Notes under the pieces: model-generated | Seen by the model: only the letters and a program-made list of their open reading frames with translations | Told to the model about the DNA's origin: nothing | Databases searched by the model: none | Shown: piece after piece, positions 25,939 through 38,209 of the stretch | Layout: each line of letters begins with the position of its first letter | Position numbering within the stretch: position 1 is the first letter of the stretch | Translations under genes and position numbers: made by a program | NCBI GenBank assembly: GCA_047495785.1 | Contig: JBLDXI010000010.1 | Location: 372,001 to 436,000 of the forward strand | Source: Lepidodermella squamata | Lineage: Eukaryota; Animalia; Gastrotricha | DNA length: 64,000 bases | Direction: 5' to 3'

Positions 25939-26930
25939 ATGCCATCATCTGTAACTCCAATGAGCGATTGGTCAATCGAGGGCAAGGTATGCATTGTCAC
26001 GGGTTCCAATACCGGCATTGGCAAAGCAACAGCATACGAGCTAGCCAGGCGAGGAGCAGCCAAAGTTATTCTAGCCTGCCGAAACACTCAAGCAGCCGAA
26101 GAAGCAGCGGCAGAAATCAGGTCAAGAATAAACTTCAAGGACCCTGCCGAGGCGTCGAAACGAGTGGTCGTCAAGCATCTTGATCTATCTTCTCTGGACT
26201 CTGTTCGTAAATTCGCTGCTGAAATCAATTCGTCTGAAACCGCCCTGCATATTTTGGTTAACAACGCCGGCCTGGGGCTGACTGATAAAAGGATAAGTGC
26301 TGATGGCTACGAGCTTACGTTTGCTACAAACCATTTAGGTAAAGCGATTTCAGGGCTCAACTGCCGCCTAATCATCAATTAATTTCTAACACAGGTCATT
26401 TTCTTCTTACGAATCTTTTGATCGATTTGCTGAAACGGTCTGCACCAAGCCGGGTGGTTAATGTGGCGTCTGGGTTGTATACATTAAGCTGGCCTTCTGG
26501 GTTCGATGTCGAAGATCCTAATCAAGAGAAAGGTTCATTTGGCGGAAATCGGGCATACAGTCAATCGAAACTCGCGAATATCCTACATGCAAGAGAACTC
26601 CATCGAAGACTGAACGGCAGTGGGCCTGGCAATGTGCCTAGTTCCGGTGTTTCTGTGTTTTCTCTACATCCTGGCGTTGTGAAGACTGATATCCTGCGGT
26701 ACCGCACAGGCTGTAGTGCATTTTTCGCGCGCATCTTGACCTCCGGCGCTGTGACAGTGGAAGAAGGAGCTAAGACGAGCCTGTATTGCGCATCCCAGCC
26801 TGGGATCGAGAAGCATTCTGGGCTGTATTTTGACAGTGAGAATTTGAAGTCAACCTGGAGAATCGCCCAAGATGACGCCAAGGCCAAAGCTCTTTGGGAG
26901 TTGAGTGAGAAGTTAGTTGCTAAAAAATGA
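25939..26930 (+). CDS. SDR-2, RDH11-14-like, 311 aa (exons 25939-26338, 26395-26930)
   Basis: Near-identical paralog of SDR-1 with YSQSK. Confidence 0.93.
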
Positions 26931-27071
26931 ACCGTATAGAACCTAACCTATAATTGTTCTGTATCGCATTTCGTCTTTTATGATTATGTTTCTTCCATAA
27001 CTGATAACTGTAAAGGTTTAATTAAATAAATGAATAATAAATATTATCATTCTGCTTAAGATTTAAATTCC

Positions 27072-27180
27072 ATCTGGGTCATAGCCCGAGGCCAAAGCCC
27101 TGTGGGAGATGAGTGACATATTAGTCACGAAAAAATAAAATTTGTTTGTCACGCGAAATTATTTTATTAGGCCTAAAATA
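27072..27180 (+). pseudogene. SDR 3'-end remnant
   Basis: GCCAAAGCCCTGTGGGAGATGAGTGAC..AAAAAATAA (AKALWEMSD..KK*) followed by an SDR-1-type 3' flank. Confidence 0.7.
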
Positions 27181-27619
27181 ATTGACAGCGCATGCGTTTA
27201 CATCTGCGTTAATGAGTTCTCTGACACAATTCTGGGCGAAAATAATAATTATAGGCTACTGGTGTCCCCAAAGTCGCGCGGTCGAATGTAAAAACCTGAA
27301 TAATATGAAGTGCACACTTGTTTGTTTTTTCAAGCTTTTACACACCGCCATCGTGGCTTTCAAGCATCGCGGCATCAGTAAAATAGGTCAAAAATTGCCG
27401 GTCATTCAAGTGTTAGCGAGCCCGAATGCTCGTGTACAAATTTATTGAAATAACAGGGCAAATTGTTTGACCGCTTCGCCATTTTACAAGCTATTTACCA
27501 ATAATTATAGAATTATATTTTTCAAAGCCGGTAAATCAATTCGTTACAGGTGACAAGTAAACAACCATTTGTTTGTGCATCTTCACTAACACAGCGCTAG
27601 TACTAAGACTGCAAGTTAT

Positions 27620-28300
27620 TGAGTTAGTCCAAATTGTTCCACTTTCTTGTATACGGCCCTACATAAAAATTGTATACCTCGTTCCAATCCATGGTCCAAG
27701 TATTTCAAATCACGGTCAAAGGCCTATGCAATCTCTCCGTTTTATCAACTTGAAAGCGGCAAAGACTAAGTGGAAAACTAGCATGAAAACTAGAATCGCC
27801 AAAAACTAGCACGATAGTGGACCGATCAGATTTTCGATTGTCACAAATCGCAGCCATAATTTTACAAGCAAAAAAGACCCAAATTATCTCACAAAATTAA
27901 GATGGCTTTGTAACGCGCTACACGAGTGCTCGAAAAGTGTCGTACCCGGGGATCGAACCCGGGCTGCCTTTCTGAGAAGGCACGGCTCTAACCGACACAC
28001 ACTCCGTGTTCGCTTACGCGGTTGGAGGGGACCAGGAGGAGAGATGGGAGGTGGACTCGCTCCCTATAGGCTTGATCTATCAATTATTCAACAAGATTTT
28101 GAAGCTTCGTGCCTTCTCTTCCACTATTTATAAAACTAAATCGGTAACTGCCACGACCGGCCGCACGTAATGCTACTGAGCTCAACAGCTAGACGGCCGC
28201 CAAAAATGTTTCGACCGAGTTTGCGCAACATTGCATTAAAGAATTCGGCCGTGAAACGGTAAAAAGGCAATGCCTGAAACAATAAACTGTTTTTAAAGCG
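27620..28300 (+). repeat. Dispersed repeat family copy (other copies at ~31905-32170 on + and ~35520-36030 on -)
   Basis: Shared blocks AATTGTATACCT, CGCCAAAAACTAGCA, GATCAGATTTTCGAT and GCACGTAATGCTACTGAGC. Confidence 0.7.
27909..28068. mobile_element. 160-bp solo-LTR-like insertion containing a tRNA-like sequence on the minus strand
   Basis: Starts TGTAAC and ends CCTATA (TACA-like), with a 5-bp TSD GGCTT at 27904 and 28069. It is absent from the paralogous repeat copy at ~35695-35715. The minus strand reads GGTTAGAGC..TGCCT-TCTCAGAA-AGGCA..CCCGGGTTCGATCCCCGGG. Confidence 0.7.
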
Positions 28301-28456
28301 GCCAAGAGTTCTTCCGCACGGCTATCATGCAAAAAATTAGTGAATCGAACGAATGTATAACGGAACGAATGTTTGCACTTTTACCGAAGTTTGCTTTTTC
28401 ATCAATAACTTCATTCAGCATAAACCGCTCATCACTTGATTAAGCAAAGCTCTGCG

Positions 28457-28847
28457 ATGCTCTTTTCCAGTTTTATTATTAAATTATATAGCATTTCTTG
28501 CTGCTTGTTTTTTAGCTGCAAGCCGCCGTGGAGAAGTGGACGAGGGCTACGGCTTGAGAAATAAAAGCTACTCTAAGGAGATGGCTGATTACTTCTACCG
28601 GGAAGCATGCCCATTAGCCGCGGCTCGAGACTTGCATGCAAAATCGAGCTAGTTCTCGATTGTCCTTAAGATTGTTCTTTCAGAGTCAGTCTTGCATTTT
28701 GAAAAAGGCTATTGAAATTTCTTACGTGAGAATTCTTGACATCATTGTTTCATTGTTTCATTGTTTCTTGACATCATGGCCATCTCTGTTTCCTCAATTC
28801 TTGTTTTCTCGATTGCTATGTATATTTGGCTTATCATGACCATTTAA
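28457..28847 (+). pseudogene. pLGIC pseudogene with large internal deletion
   Basis: The exon-1 start (DEGYGLRNKSYSKEM..ACPLAAARDL) is fused to C-terminal CILKKAIEISYVRILDI; frameshifts are present. Confidence 0.85.
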
Positions 28848-29352
28848 TTGAGCTGGTTTCAATTTCAAAAAAGTCAACCAGCGAGCTTTGCGCATTGAGA
28901 ATTAATTGTTGGTAAATGATTAAATAAATGCTAAATAAAATAAATGAGTAAAAAGCGTCCTTTTGGTCCTTTTGAGTAAAAAGCGTCCAAGGTGAATTTT
29001 GTTTGTTTACTTAAGAGCTCGGATATTGCTCCTTAAGTTATGCAGTCGGCACCCTTGTCTTTCTGTCGTCTTTCTGTCAGCTCCCTTGATCACCACCTAG
29101 TATAACAAGCACTTATTGCGTCCTTCAATGCATCCTTCATTCTTCGGAATGTTTTCAGCGTCGCCGGAAATTATGACTGATTCACGCTAGAATTCAGAAG
29201 TTTAATCAAAATGTGTTCAACTATGTAAGCAGCAATGTCGATATCGTCGAGTTAAATTAAAAGGGAAGTTTGCCTTTTCAGTTTTATGAAAGCTAGGTAT
29301 TCGCACGACCGAAAGGGAATACTGTCAAAATATTCAATAATTCGATAGTAAA

Positions 29353-30589
29353 ATGCTTCGTTTTACACTATTTATTACAGCTTGCTTGTTAGGTGTAAGC
29401 CGTGGAGACGAGAACTACGGCCTGGGAAATAAAAGCTACTCGAAAGAGATGTCGGATTACTTTTTCGGGGAGGCTTGTCCATTGGCTGCAGCTCGAGACT
29501 TACAAATCGAATTGGTTCAGCGACGCAGATTCAAAGACCTGCCGATTAAGGTTGGTGTGTCAGTAGATCTTGTGAGGGTCACTGAGATCAATGATCTTAC
29601 TCAAAGGTGATTTTGACTAAAGCTGAATGCATACCGCTTTAATGTCGCTGTTTAGCCTGTCGGTTTTCTGTTTCATATCGGTTTCCTGGAATTTTCCGAA
29701 ATTTGCATGCAAACCTATTGACAAGAATGCGGTATTAGGTCCAAATAATACTAAAAACTACGATGTATGGGTCGCCAGTGACACAGCAACGTCTTGGACC
29801 CCAGAAATACAACACATCAACTCTGTCAATGAAATTCTGCTGGTAAAAAATGAGGCCGCTCAGATTTTCATAAGAGCAAGCGAAGATCCTGTCATGGCAT
29901 ATATACTCGAAGCGAGGATAGTCGAAACCTATTGCGACGGATTCAACTTGGAAGTTTTTCCATTTGATCGAATCGACTGTAGCATCAAGTTGGAGCCTAG
30001 AGATGACCTACTTTACATCGAGTTTTCAGACGCTACCTTGCAGCTTTGGCCAGGTTCAAAGCTGCTAACAAGATCAGACATTTGGGAACTTATTCCAGAT
30101 TCGACATCGTCGTCAATCTCCTTGTCTGAGCGGAACTATTCGCTTGCTGGTCTGAATTTGTCTTTTCAGAGAAAGTACCATTATTACACCGGCAACTTAT
30201 TCATCCCGATGATAATCCTTACCGTCCTCCAATTCGCCGCTTTTATCATGGACCCAGCCTGCCCGGATAGGTCTGTCTACTGCATGTCGGGCGTGCTTGC
30301 TTTCTCAGTCGTTTTGACCATAGTTTTCCAACAGATTCCTAGAACTTCTGAGACCATTTATCTCATCGTTCTCATAGAAATTCAGCTTTTTGTTTTCGCA
30401 GCCATCACTTGCTATTGCTTGATCACGATGGTGATAGCGGGTAGTGAATGGGGCAGTCGCAAAACTTACATTTTGAAAAAGACTGTGGAAATTTCTAACG
30501 TAAGAATTCTTGACATCGTAGCTTTTTCTGTTTCCTCGAGTGTTGTATTCTTGATTGCCCTTTCCATTTTGGTTATCATGACTAAGTGA
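29353..30589 (+). CDS. Divergent Cys-loop channel subunit LGIC-3, 395 aa (exons 29353-29606, 29656-30589)
   Basis: Paralog with Cys-loop CDGFNLEVFPFDRIDC and a 49-bp intron. Confidence 0.92.
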
Positions 30590-32174
30590 ATTATCAACAA
30601 TTTTTATTAAAAGTGTGTCCCGTTTTTTCGATTTTTTGAAATCTCTTATGATAAACTTTTCATTCATTAACAAATAAATTGAGCTAATCTAAAATTATTA
30701 AAATGTTGTAAAAGTAATCAATGTGATAGTCTGTTCAAAATCTCGAACCGCCAGAAATGATTGGTTTTGATTAATCGTTCAAGAATAATAAGTGATCGGA
30801 AATAACCTGATTTGTTTACTTTTCCAACCACTCGATGCTAATTTATCACAACATCTGGTGTCCATGGCGTTTACAGCCTTAGCCGGGAGTAGGGCGTAGG
30901 ACCTGGATCTTAAAACTAGCTCCATATGCATACCAGACCTTTATCTTAAAATGCTCTCATCTCTCATGCTTAGTCGCTGACGTTACACATTGACGCTTCT
31001 TCATAGCAATCGGTTTGATATCCAGCCTGAAGAAGCCTGAAGCCTGATTGCCCCGAAGAAACTTGAATAAATATAAAGCCAAGCTTCAGCGCTTATAATC
31101 ATCCTTCTTAAAAAGTATCAACGTAGTCTGAGGTGGTAAATCCTCTATTATTCTTCCCTCTACTCGCGGCTTCATGATCTAAAATTGTCATTTTCTTATA
31201 AACGGTGAATAATGAGACCACCGTTGATTGATTTAGTGACGGGTCATGAAAGCTGTATGAAGCGAAGTAAGCTGGCAATGAACCATATCTTCAGTCGACG
31301 TCCCGACAAGTTCGCCATGTGCACTGATATTGATCCATGTTTTGTTCTCCGATAAACTCCTCCCGAAAAAAATCAAAGCTGATCTCAATTTGGCGATTGT
31401 TATACATCTATTTATCGAAATCAAGAGGTTTGGCGAGATCAAAATTGATTTGGAAATTGTCGAGGATTCTAATCCCTAATATTAAGGCCGATTCGCTTTA
31501 CTCGATTTGCTCATCCCCGATCTTTCAGGAAATTTCACACAAAGTCTAAGAATTACGCGATGTGTGCATATTTCAGAGGCTCTATAAATATCGTCAATTG
31601 ATGCAGTGGGCAGTGGGTAGCAAACGTTTTTAAACGTGGGATTTCGGCCGCCCCAAAATGTCCCTAACTTGCCGCAACACTCTCAGCATCTCGAGCCGAC
31701 CGAAGCAACTGATTGTCTCTAAATCAACATTTCGATGAGAAAATTCAAAATTGAAACCTATTACCAATTTTCCACCGTGGCAGAGCATTTCTTTGGGACC
31801 ACCCACAAGCCCCACGCAGCCTACTCGATTTAAATAATTGATTCCAGTCTCAATCAATTCCGGTTCGGAGAATTCCAGTCAATTCCAGTTCTGGGGATTT
31901 TCATCTGAATACATAACACAATTGTATACCTTGATTGATCCGATCCAACCCATGGTTCCAAATAATTCAAATCACGCTCCAAAGTCTAATCTTCGTGTCC
32001 TCTCTTCCTCTATTTAAAAACAAATCGGTAACTGCCTCGACTTGCAGCACGTAATGCTACTGAGCTCAAAAGCTAGCCGGCCGCCAAAAATGCTTCGACC
32101 GGCGCACCGAGTCTGCGCCACAAGCATTGGTAAAAAGGCAATGCCTGAAACAATAAACAACAAACTGTTTTTAA

Positions 32175-32658
32175 CACAATAACTGCCAAAAATAGACTGC
32201 GAGATCCGATATTTGGATCCAAATCCTGGGTCTGTCAAAAGTTCTTTTTTCGGGTCAACGGTGCTTCGTAGGGCAAAATGCCTGACGGCAAAACGTAGGC
32301 CATTACCCGGCGGTTCTTTTGTCACCAAATTTGGGGCCAAAGACTTCAAGGAACGCACAGAAATAAACTTGCTGAACCCCAGAAATTGTTGCGCCATAAT
32401 CTGGGTCTCATAATTAGGTCCAATTCTTGGGTCTGATTTTTGGCTCTGATCCAAAATTTCGACGTTATTTCACAGTCATGTTCAAAGAGCTAAGCAGCTC
32501 AGACCTTGTGGCCCCAAATTCGGTGTCAAAAGAACCGCCGGGTCATGACCTACATTTTGCCCTACGACGCATCGTTGACCCGAAAAAAGGAATTTTAACA
32601 GATCTAGAATTTGGATCCAAATATCCGATCTCGCAGTCTATTTTTGGCATTTAAAGTG
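32175..32658. mobile_element. piggyBac-type (TTAA) palindromic MITE, 484 bp
   Basis: TTAA|CAC..TGCCAAAAATAGACTGCGAGATC long inverted repeats ..GTG|TTAA. The paralogous empty site CTGTTTTTAAAGCGGCCAAGAG at ~28287-28308 has a single TTAA. Confidence 0.88.
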
Positions 32659-32815
32659 TTAATGGCGCCAAGAGTTCTTCCGCACGACTATCATGCAAAC
32701 AATTAGTAAATCGAACGAATGTATGACAGAACGGATGTTTGAACTTTTACCGAACCTTGCTATTCACACCATCGAAAAGCCCATTCAGCATAATTCGCTC
32801 ATGCAAATCTGTGCG

Positions 32816-34072
32816 ATGTTCTATTCCAGTTTTATCATTAAATTAGCATTCCTTTCGGCTTGTTTTCTAGCTGTAAGCCGTGGAGATCTAGACGAGAACC
32901 ACGGCCTGGGAAATAAAAGCTACTCGAAAGAGATGTCTGATTACTTCTTTGGGGAAGCTTGCCCATTGGCTGCAGCTCGAGACTTACAAATCGAACTGAC
33001 TCAGCGACGCAGGTTCAAAGACCTGCCCGTAAAGGTTGGTTTGAAAATGGATCTAGAGCGAGTCACCGCAATTAACGACTTATCACAGAGGTTACCTTGA
33101 ATTGATGATTGCCTATATTCTGAAAATTCCGATTATAGCTTGTCTGTTTTCTGTTTTATGAACGTTTTCTGGGAGTATCCACAATTTGCATGCAAACCCA
33201 TTGACGAAAAAACGGAGCTTGGCCCTGATAATACCAAGAACTACCCAGCATGGGTCCTCAGTGACACAGCAACGTCTTGGGCCCCAGAAATTCAGCACAT
33301 TAATTCTGTTGACGAGATTCTGCTTGTAAAAAAGGAAACAACGCAGATTTTTATAAGAGCAAGCAAAGATCCTGTGATTGCTGACCTCCTGGAATCGAGG
33401 ATAATACAAACATATTGTGACGGATTTCACCTTCAAGTTTTCCCATTCGATAGGATCGATTGCAGCATAGAGTTGGAGCCCAGAGATAACCTCCTTTACA
33501 TCGAGTTTTCGGAGGTTACGTTCCGACTTACGTCGGGTCCAAGGCTTCTAACAAAATCGGACATATGGGAATTTATTCCGGATTCAATTTCTTTCTCAAT
33601 CTCAGTTTCTGCATGGAATTACTCCCATGCGTCTTTGAGAATGTCCTTTCAGAGAAGGTACCACTACTATACCGGCAATGTATTTATCCCGATGATAATC
33701 ATGACCATTCTTCAATTCGCCGCTTTCATCATGGACCCAGCATACCCGGACAGGCCCGTCTACTGCATGTCGGGCGTGCTAGCCTTCTCCGTTCTCTTGA
33801 CCATTGTTTTCCAACAGATTCCGCGAACTTCTGAGACGATATACCTCATCGTTCTTTTAGAAATTCAGCTTTTCGTGTTTGCAGCTATTACTTGCTACTG
33901 TTTGATCACAATGGTGATAGCGGGCAGTGAATGGGGCAGTCGCAAGACTTTCATTTTGAAAAATGCTATGGAAATTTCTTACGTAAGAATTCTAGACTTG
34001 ATAGCTTTCTCAGTTTCCTCAAGTCTTGTTTTCTTGATTGCTCTGTACATCTTGGTTATCATGACAAAGTAA
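32816..34072 (+). CDS. Divergent Cys-loop channel subunit LGIC-4, 402 aa (exons 32816-33090, 33139-34072)
   Basis: Paralog with a 48-bp phase-2 intron. Confidence 0.92.
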
Positions 34073-37000
34073 GCAATCGCGTTAAATCAGGCCATGTACC
34101 TATTCGATAACTCGCTTCAAATTCATTTTCTTTTCACACATCTTTCCGTAATAACTGGAAAGAAATATCGACAGACGCTTGGAGACTCAAGGCTTAGCAC
34201 GCGTTTCACTTCACAGAATTGAACATTCACAGAAACTTAGGATTTTCTGTAAAACTGCACCTCACAGCAACGTTCATATTTTATGTCGGTAAGGCGATTT
34301 TTTACCTTTATTCTACTCGAAAATCAGGAAGTTGTGGACTGTGTATAAAATATTACCCTGAAAAGAGCTTCATCTTTTGCAAATAAACGTCTGCTAGAAA
34401 TACATACTGATTCCTGACACAATATCCATAACATTCGATCTAGAGATCAAGGGGGTGGCTGGCGACTTTCAAGCAGCTGCTTGGGTGGGGGCTTTCGCTA
34501 CCAAAAAATTAGCTCTTTTCCGTGAATTCGTAATTTTCGAAAATTACTTAACGATGCGCTGTGTTTGATTACTCCTAATTGATGACTTTGGGTGATAGTT
34601 TTCAGTTTTCACTGAGGGCCGTCCACTGCCCAGTGTAGTTTTTTTATAGCAAGACATTCCCGGATCGTTTTGCCTAATATATGTGTTACCCTTTAATATT
34701 TGATGAGAGGTTTATGTGTAATGCGTAGTATAAAAATCGTTATGTTCTCCTTTCAGAAATGTCCTATTTCGGTATTGCGGCATAATAACTGCTTTTGATT
34801 GCCCATACATTTCATTGTATTATATTGCGCGCACTAGCATTTATGCTATTATGCGCGCGAATGCCCCAATGCGCGCGTTCGGTTTTATATAAAACACTAG
34901 CGTATATATACCAGCAAACAGCAACGCTTATAGGCTTATACGCTTATATTAACAGAAATACAGAATTAATTAACAGAAATTAACAGAAATAAAGGCTTTT
35001 TGAAGTCTTTATTTTCATTTTTATTGGATCGGATCAAGTGGAAAAAATGTCAAATCGGTGAAACAATAAAAATGCAGTTTTAATTGTGTTATACTAATAA
35101 TCAAAACTAAGGAAAGGGAGAAAATCATGGCAAAAAGCGGCTAATGCAGACAATCCGTCGATATGCTGACAATTCAGGAAATTTAAGTAGTAAGACAATT
35201 GCTTTCAATAAATTTCGAGAAATCGATTGAGATACAGCCTGAAAACTGAAAATTATAAAGACGCGTTACTAGTCACTCATCATTGGCTTGTATCAGATAG
35301 ATCACTTTTCAAGGAATTCATCGTGTTCATACGCGTTCATGAATATTACATCTGCTTCACTTCTCTGCTGTATAGCTTTGTATTTCGACCGCGATCTGGC
35401 GATATTGGCCCATTTATCGAGGTGATTCATGGTTAGGATGCCCTCTTTCAGCCAATCTGGAATAGGGATCCTTGAGACCGCTTTTTCAAAGTTGAACTGC
35501 TTTCTACAATGATGCGCAAACTCGGTTTTTCCGGCCGCAAGCGGCCGGTCGAGGCACTTTTAACGGCCGGCTGGCCATTCGGCTCAGTAGCATTACGTGC
35601 GGCCAGTCGAGGCTTGTGCAGTCGGCGATTTGGTATTGTAGAGGTATTATAGAGAGAAGGCACCCAGCTCAAAAATATGTTCGGGTAATCGATAGATCTA
35701 GCCACCTTAATTTAATGGGGTAATTTTTCTTCGTAAAATGATCGAACTATCGAAAATCTGATCGCTGGACTATCCTGCTAGTTTTTGGCGAGTTGTTCCT
35801 CCTGGCGTCATGGTCATGAGTTCTCCATTTTGGTTTTGCAGCTTATAAGTTGATAAAACGGAGGAATTTCATAAACCTTGGACCTGTTTTCTATCTGGAA
35901 CATGCAATTGAAATTGCGTTTCAAACCTTTTTAACCTTTCCCTTTTGACCTCATCTTGAACTTAACTTGGACTCTATTTATAATGTTTGGAACCATGGGT
36001 ATACAAGGTATACAATTTTTTTGCATTCAAGAAATCCGAAAGACTGTACAAGAAAGGGGAACAATGAATAATGATTAGAATCGAGATGGCTGGGTTGCAA
36101 TTTTGGCTTTCAGGTAGTCTCATAAAATGTTCTGCATCATCCACCGTAAATATGGAAATAGTTTTCAAGTTGAATTTTCTCGTCAAAATCTTGATTTTGA
36201 GAAAAAAGAATATGTTAACAAAGAAAATCTGTTGATTTGGCAGATGGCTTGTAAAAATATTCCGGCAGTGTGGCCGGTTAGGGACATTTCCGGCAGCCAA
36301 AATTTCTGGTAGTATAATAGGTTAAAAAAATAATTAATAAAAAGACAAAAATGAATTGCTGAACGTTGATAAATTTCACGGAATAAATTAGATAATTCAC
36401 GGATTCAGCGAAAAAATTAGGTTATTGTGTATATTTGAATAAGAACTGCGGTAGAAAAGTTTAGCTGTGTGAGTGCGCGCGCCTAAAAACAGCCCGCGTG
36501 CTCTCAAATCTGCGCGCTGCAAGTCGAAAGGTTTAGCAAACGCGCGAGGTTATGAGCGCGCAGCAACACACACCAAACAAACACACACGCGTGTGCGCAC
36601 TGAAAAAATTAAGATTTATTCCCGCAATTTATTCCCCATTTTATTCGTAGTCGCACTCAACCATGCAACCTAGCTCAACCTTTTACGCTGAATCCGAATA
36701 TATAATTTATTTTTCGAAATTCTTCTTGATTTTCTTCATAATTAAAAAGATTAGAATCTCCCCCGATTTCAAATATTCTATGGCCTTGAAAAGTATCAGT
36801 AAGTATATTTGTGTCTAGTGCCAGTTCTAAAGGTAGGGAAGACACAGCGGCCATTAAATATTCGTTTGGCGTTGAATCTTTGTTTTCGGAGACAGCTTTT
36901 TGCAAAGCTTCGAGCAACTGCAAAGTGAATTTGACTGAACAGCCCAACTTGCACAACTTGCATTTTTACAGACGAATAACCTGTTTTCTTGCAAACCAAT

Positions 37001-37523
37001 TCCTCTCTTACGTGCGCAACTCCCAATCTCAATCTTTTGGTCATCTTCAGTGAACCGTCGATTCTGTCGATTTGGTCGTTTAGGAATCAAATTCGAGAAA
37101 TCTTGTTGATAGCGTTAGGAAGTATTGCATCGTGTAATCGTTTTCGCGCCGGATAGCCCACTCTTCCTGTTGCAACAACGTCGACTAATAGCTTGAAGTA
37201 ATCTCCAGTCACATCATCTTCGATAAATGAGTCCGCCAGCAAGTCCACATCGTCATTTTATTCTTGATTCTTCTGCGTATTCCCGCGATGTTCCCGCCAT
37301 TAAAAACCGACATTGTAAGCACTTCTGTTGGCCTGATGAGAGCCATTTGTAGTCAATTGTTAGAAAACACGAATGTTCACCTCACAGTTTACTACTGGCA
37401 ACTATACTATTATCAATTGAATGAAACGCTAATACAATTTGCGAATGGGCTTCGATTCGAATATTTTTGATAAGCGCTTCTACACTCGCATCGCAAGCAA
37501 AGATTCGAATTAAGTAGTTCTCA

Positions 37524-38011
37524 TTAATCCTTTCACGGTGGGAAGGGCGAATTCGGAATTTCGACTTGGGTAATTCACAGTTCCATCGATTTAACGATAT
37601 CTTATATCCCCATCGGCAAAATACTACCTTCGGATGTTGCCCGCAGGAAATTGAAACTCAAATGTTATTATCTCTTCCCTTCTCGGAATACGGTTAATTT
37701 GAAATTTCAAACCGATGCATATTTTGTCAATCGCGTAAAACGATGTCTCGGTATTTTTCTTCTCTATCTGACATTACAGGCGTGTCCGGCAGGGTCCAAT
37801 TGACTTCTCATTGTGTTTTTCTGTAATTTCATTGAAAAATAGGGGGGTTTGAAAGTTAAAGTGAAATCAGAAATTGATGGGGAAAATGCGCATCAGTCCC
37901 TAGAATCGCATAAGATTGCCGATTATCCGACTACTTCCTTAATTTGCTCGAAAATTCAAAAACTTGATTTTTTGCCTAGCTGAAAACAAAATTCCGCCGT
38001 GAAAGGGCTGA
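37524..38011. mobile_element. Degenerate piggyBac-like MITE nested in the 4.8-kb element
   Basis: TTAATCCTTTCACGGTGG ... CCGCCGTGAAAGGGCTGA imperfect TIRs. Confidence 0.5.
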
Positions 38012-38209
38012 TCGTTTTGTTAAAAATAACGTGTAACGCGATAAAAACCGTAACGCCGCCTTATAATATGTATGTATGTATGTAGCAGCAATCAGCGAAA
38101 ATTGCGTGGTTTTCTTTTATTATATCCGATGTAAGGCACGTATTATAAAGCGCTTGGTTGCGCATACATGGGTTCTACGATATCGTTTTCATCGTGTAAT
38201 ATTGGAGCC

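Noticed and set aside
27938-28010. Functional tRNA gene (Glu-CTC or Sec-like) on the minus strand
   Set aside because: No acceptor-stem pairing and the anticodon loop is not 7 nt. It lies inside a TSD-flanked insert, so it is reported as mobile-element derived.
32014-32654. Mirror ORFs (KEPPG..VDPKK..FGSKY) on both strands
   Set aside because: Produced by the palindromic MITE.
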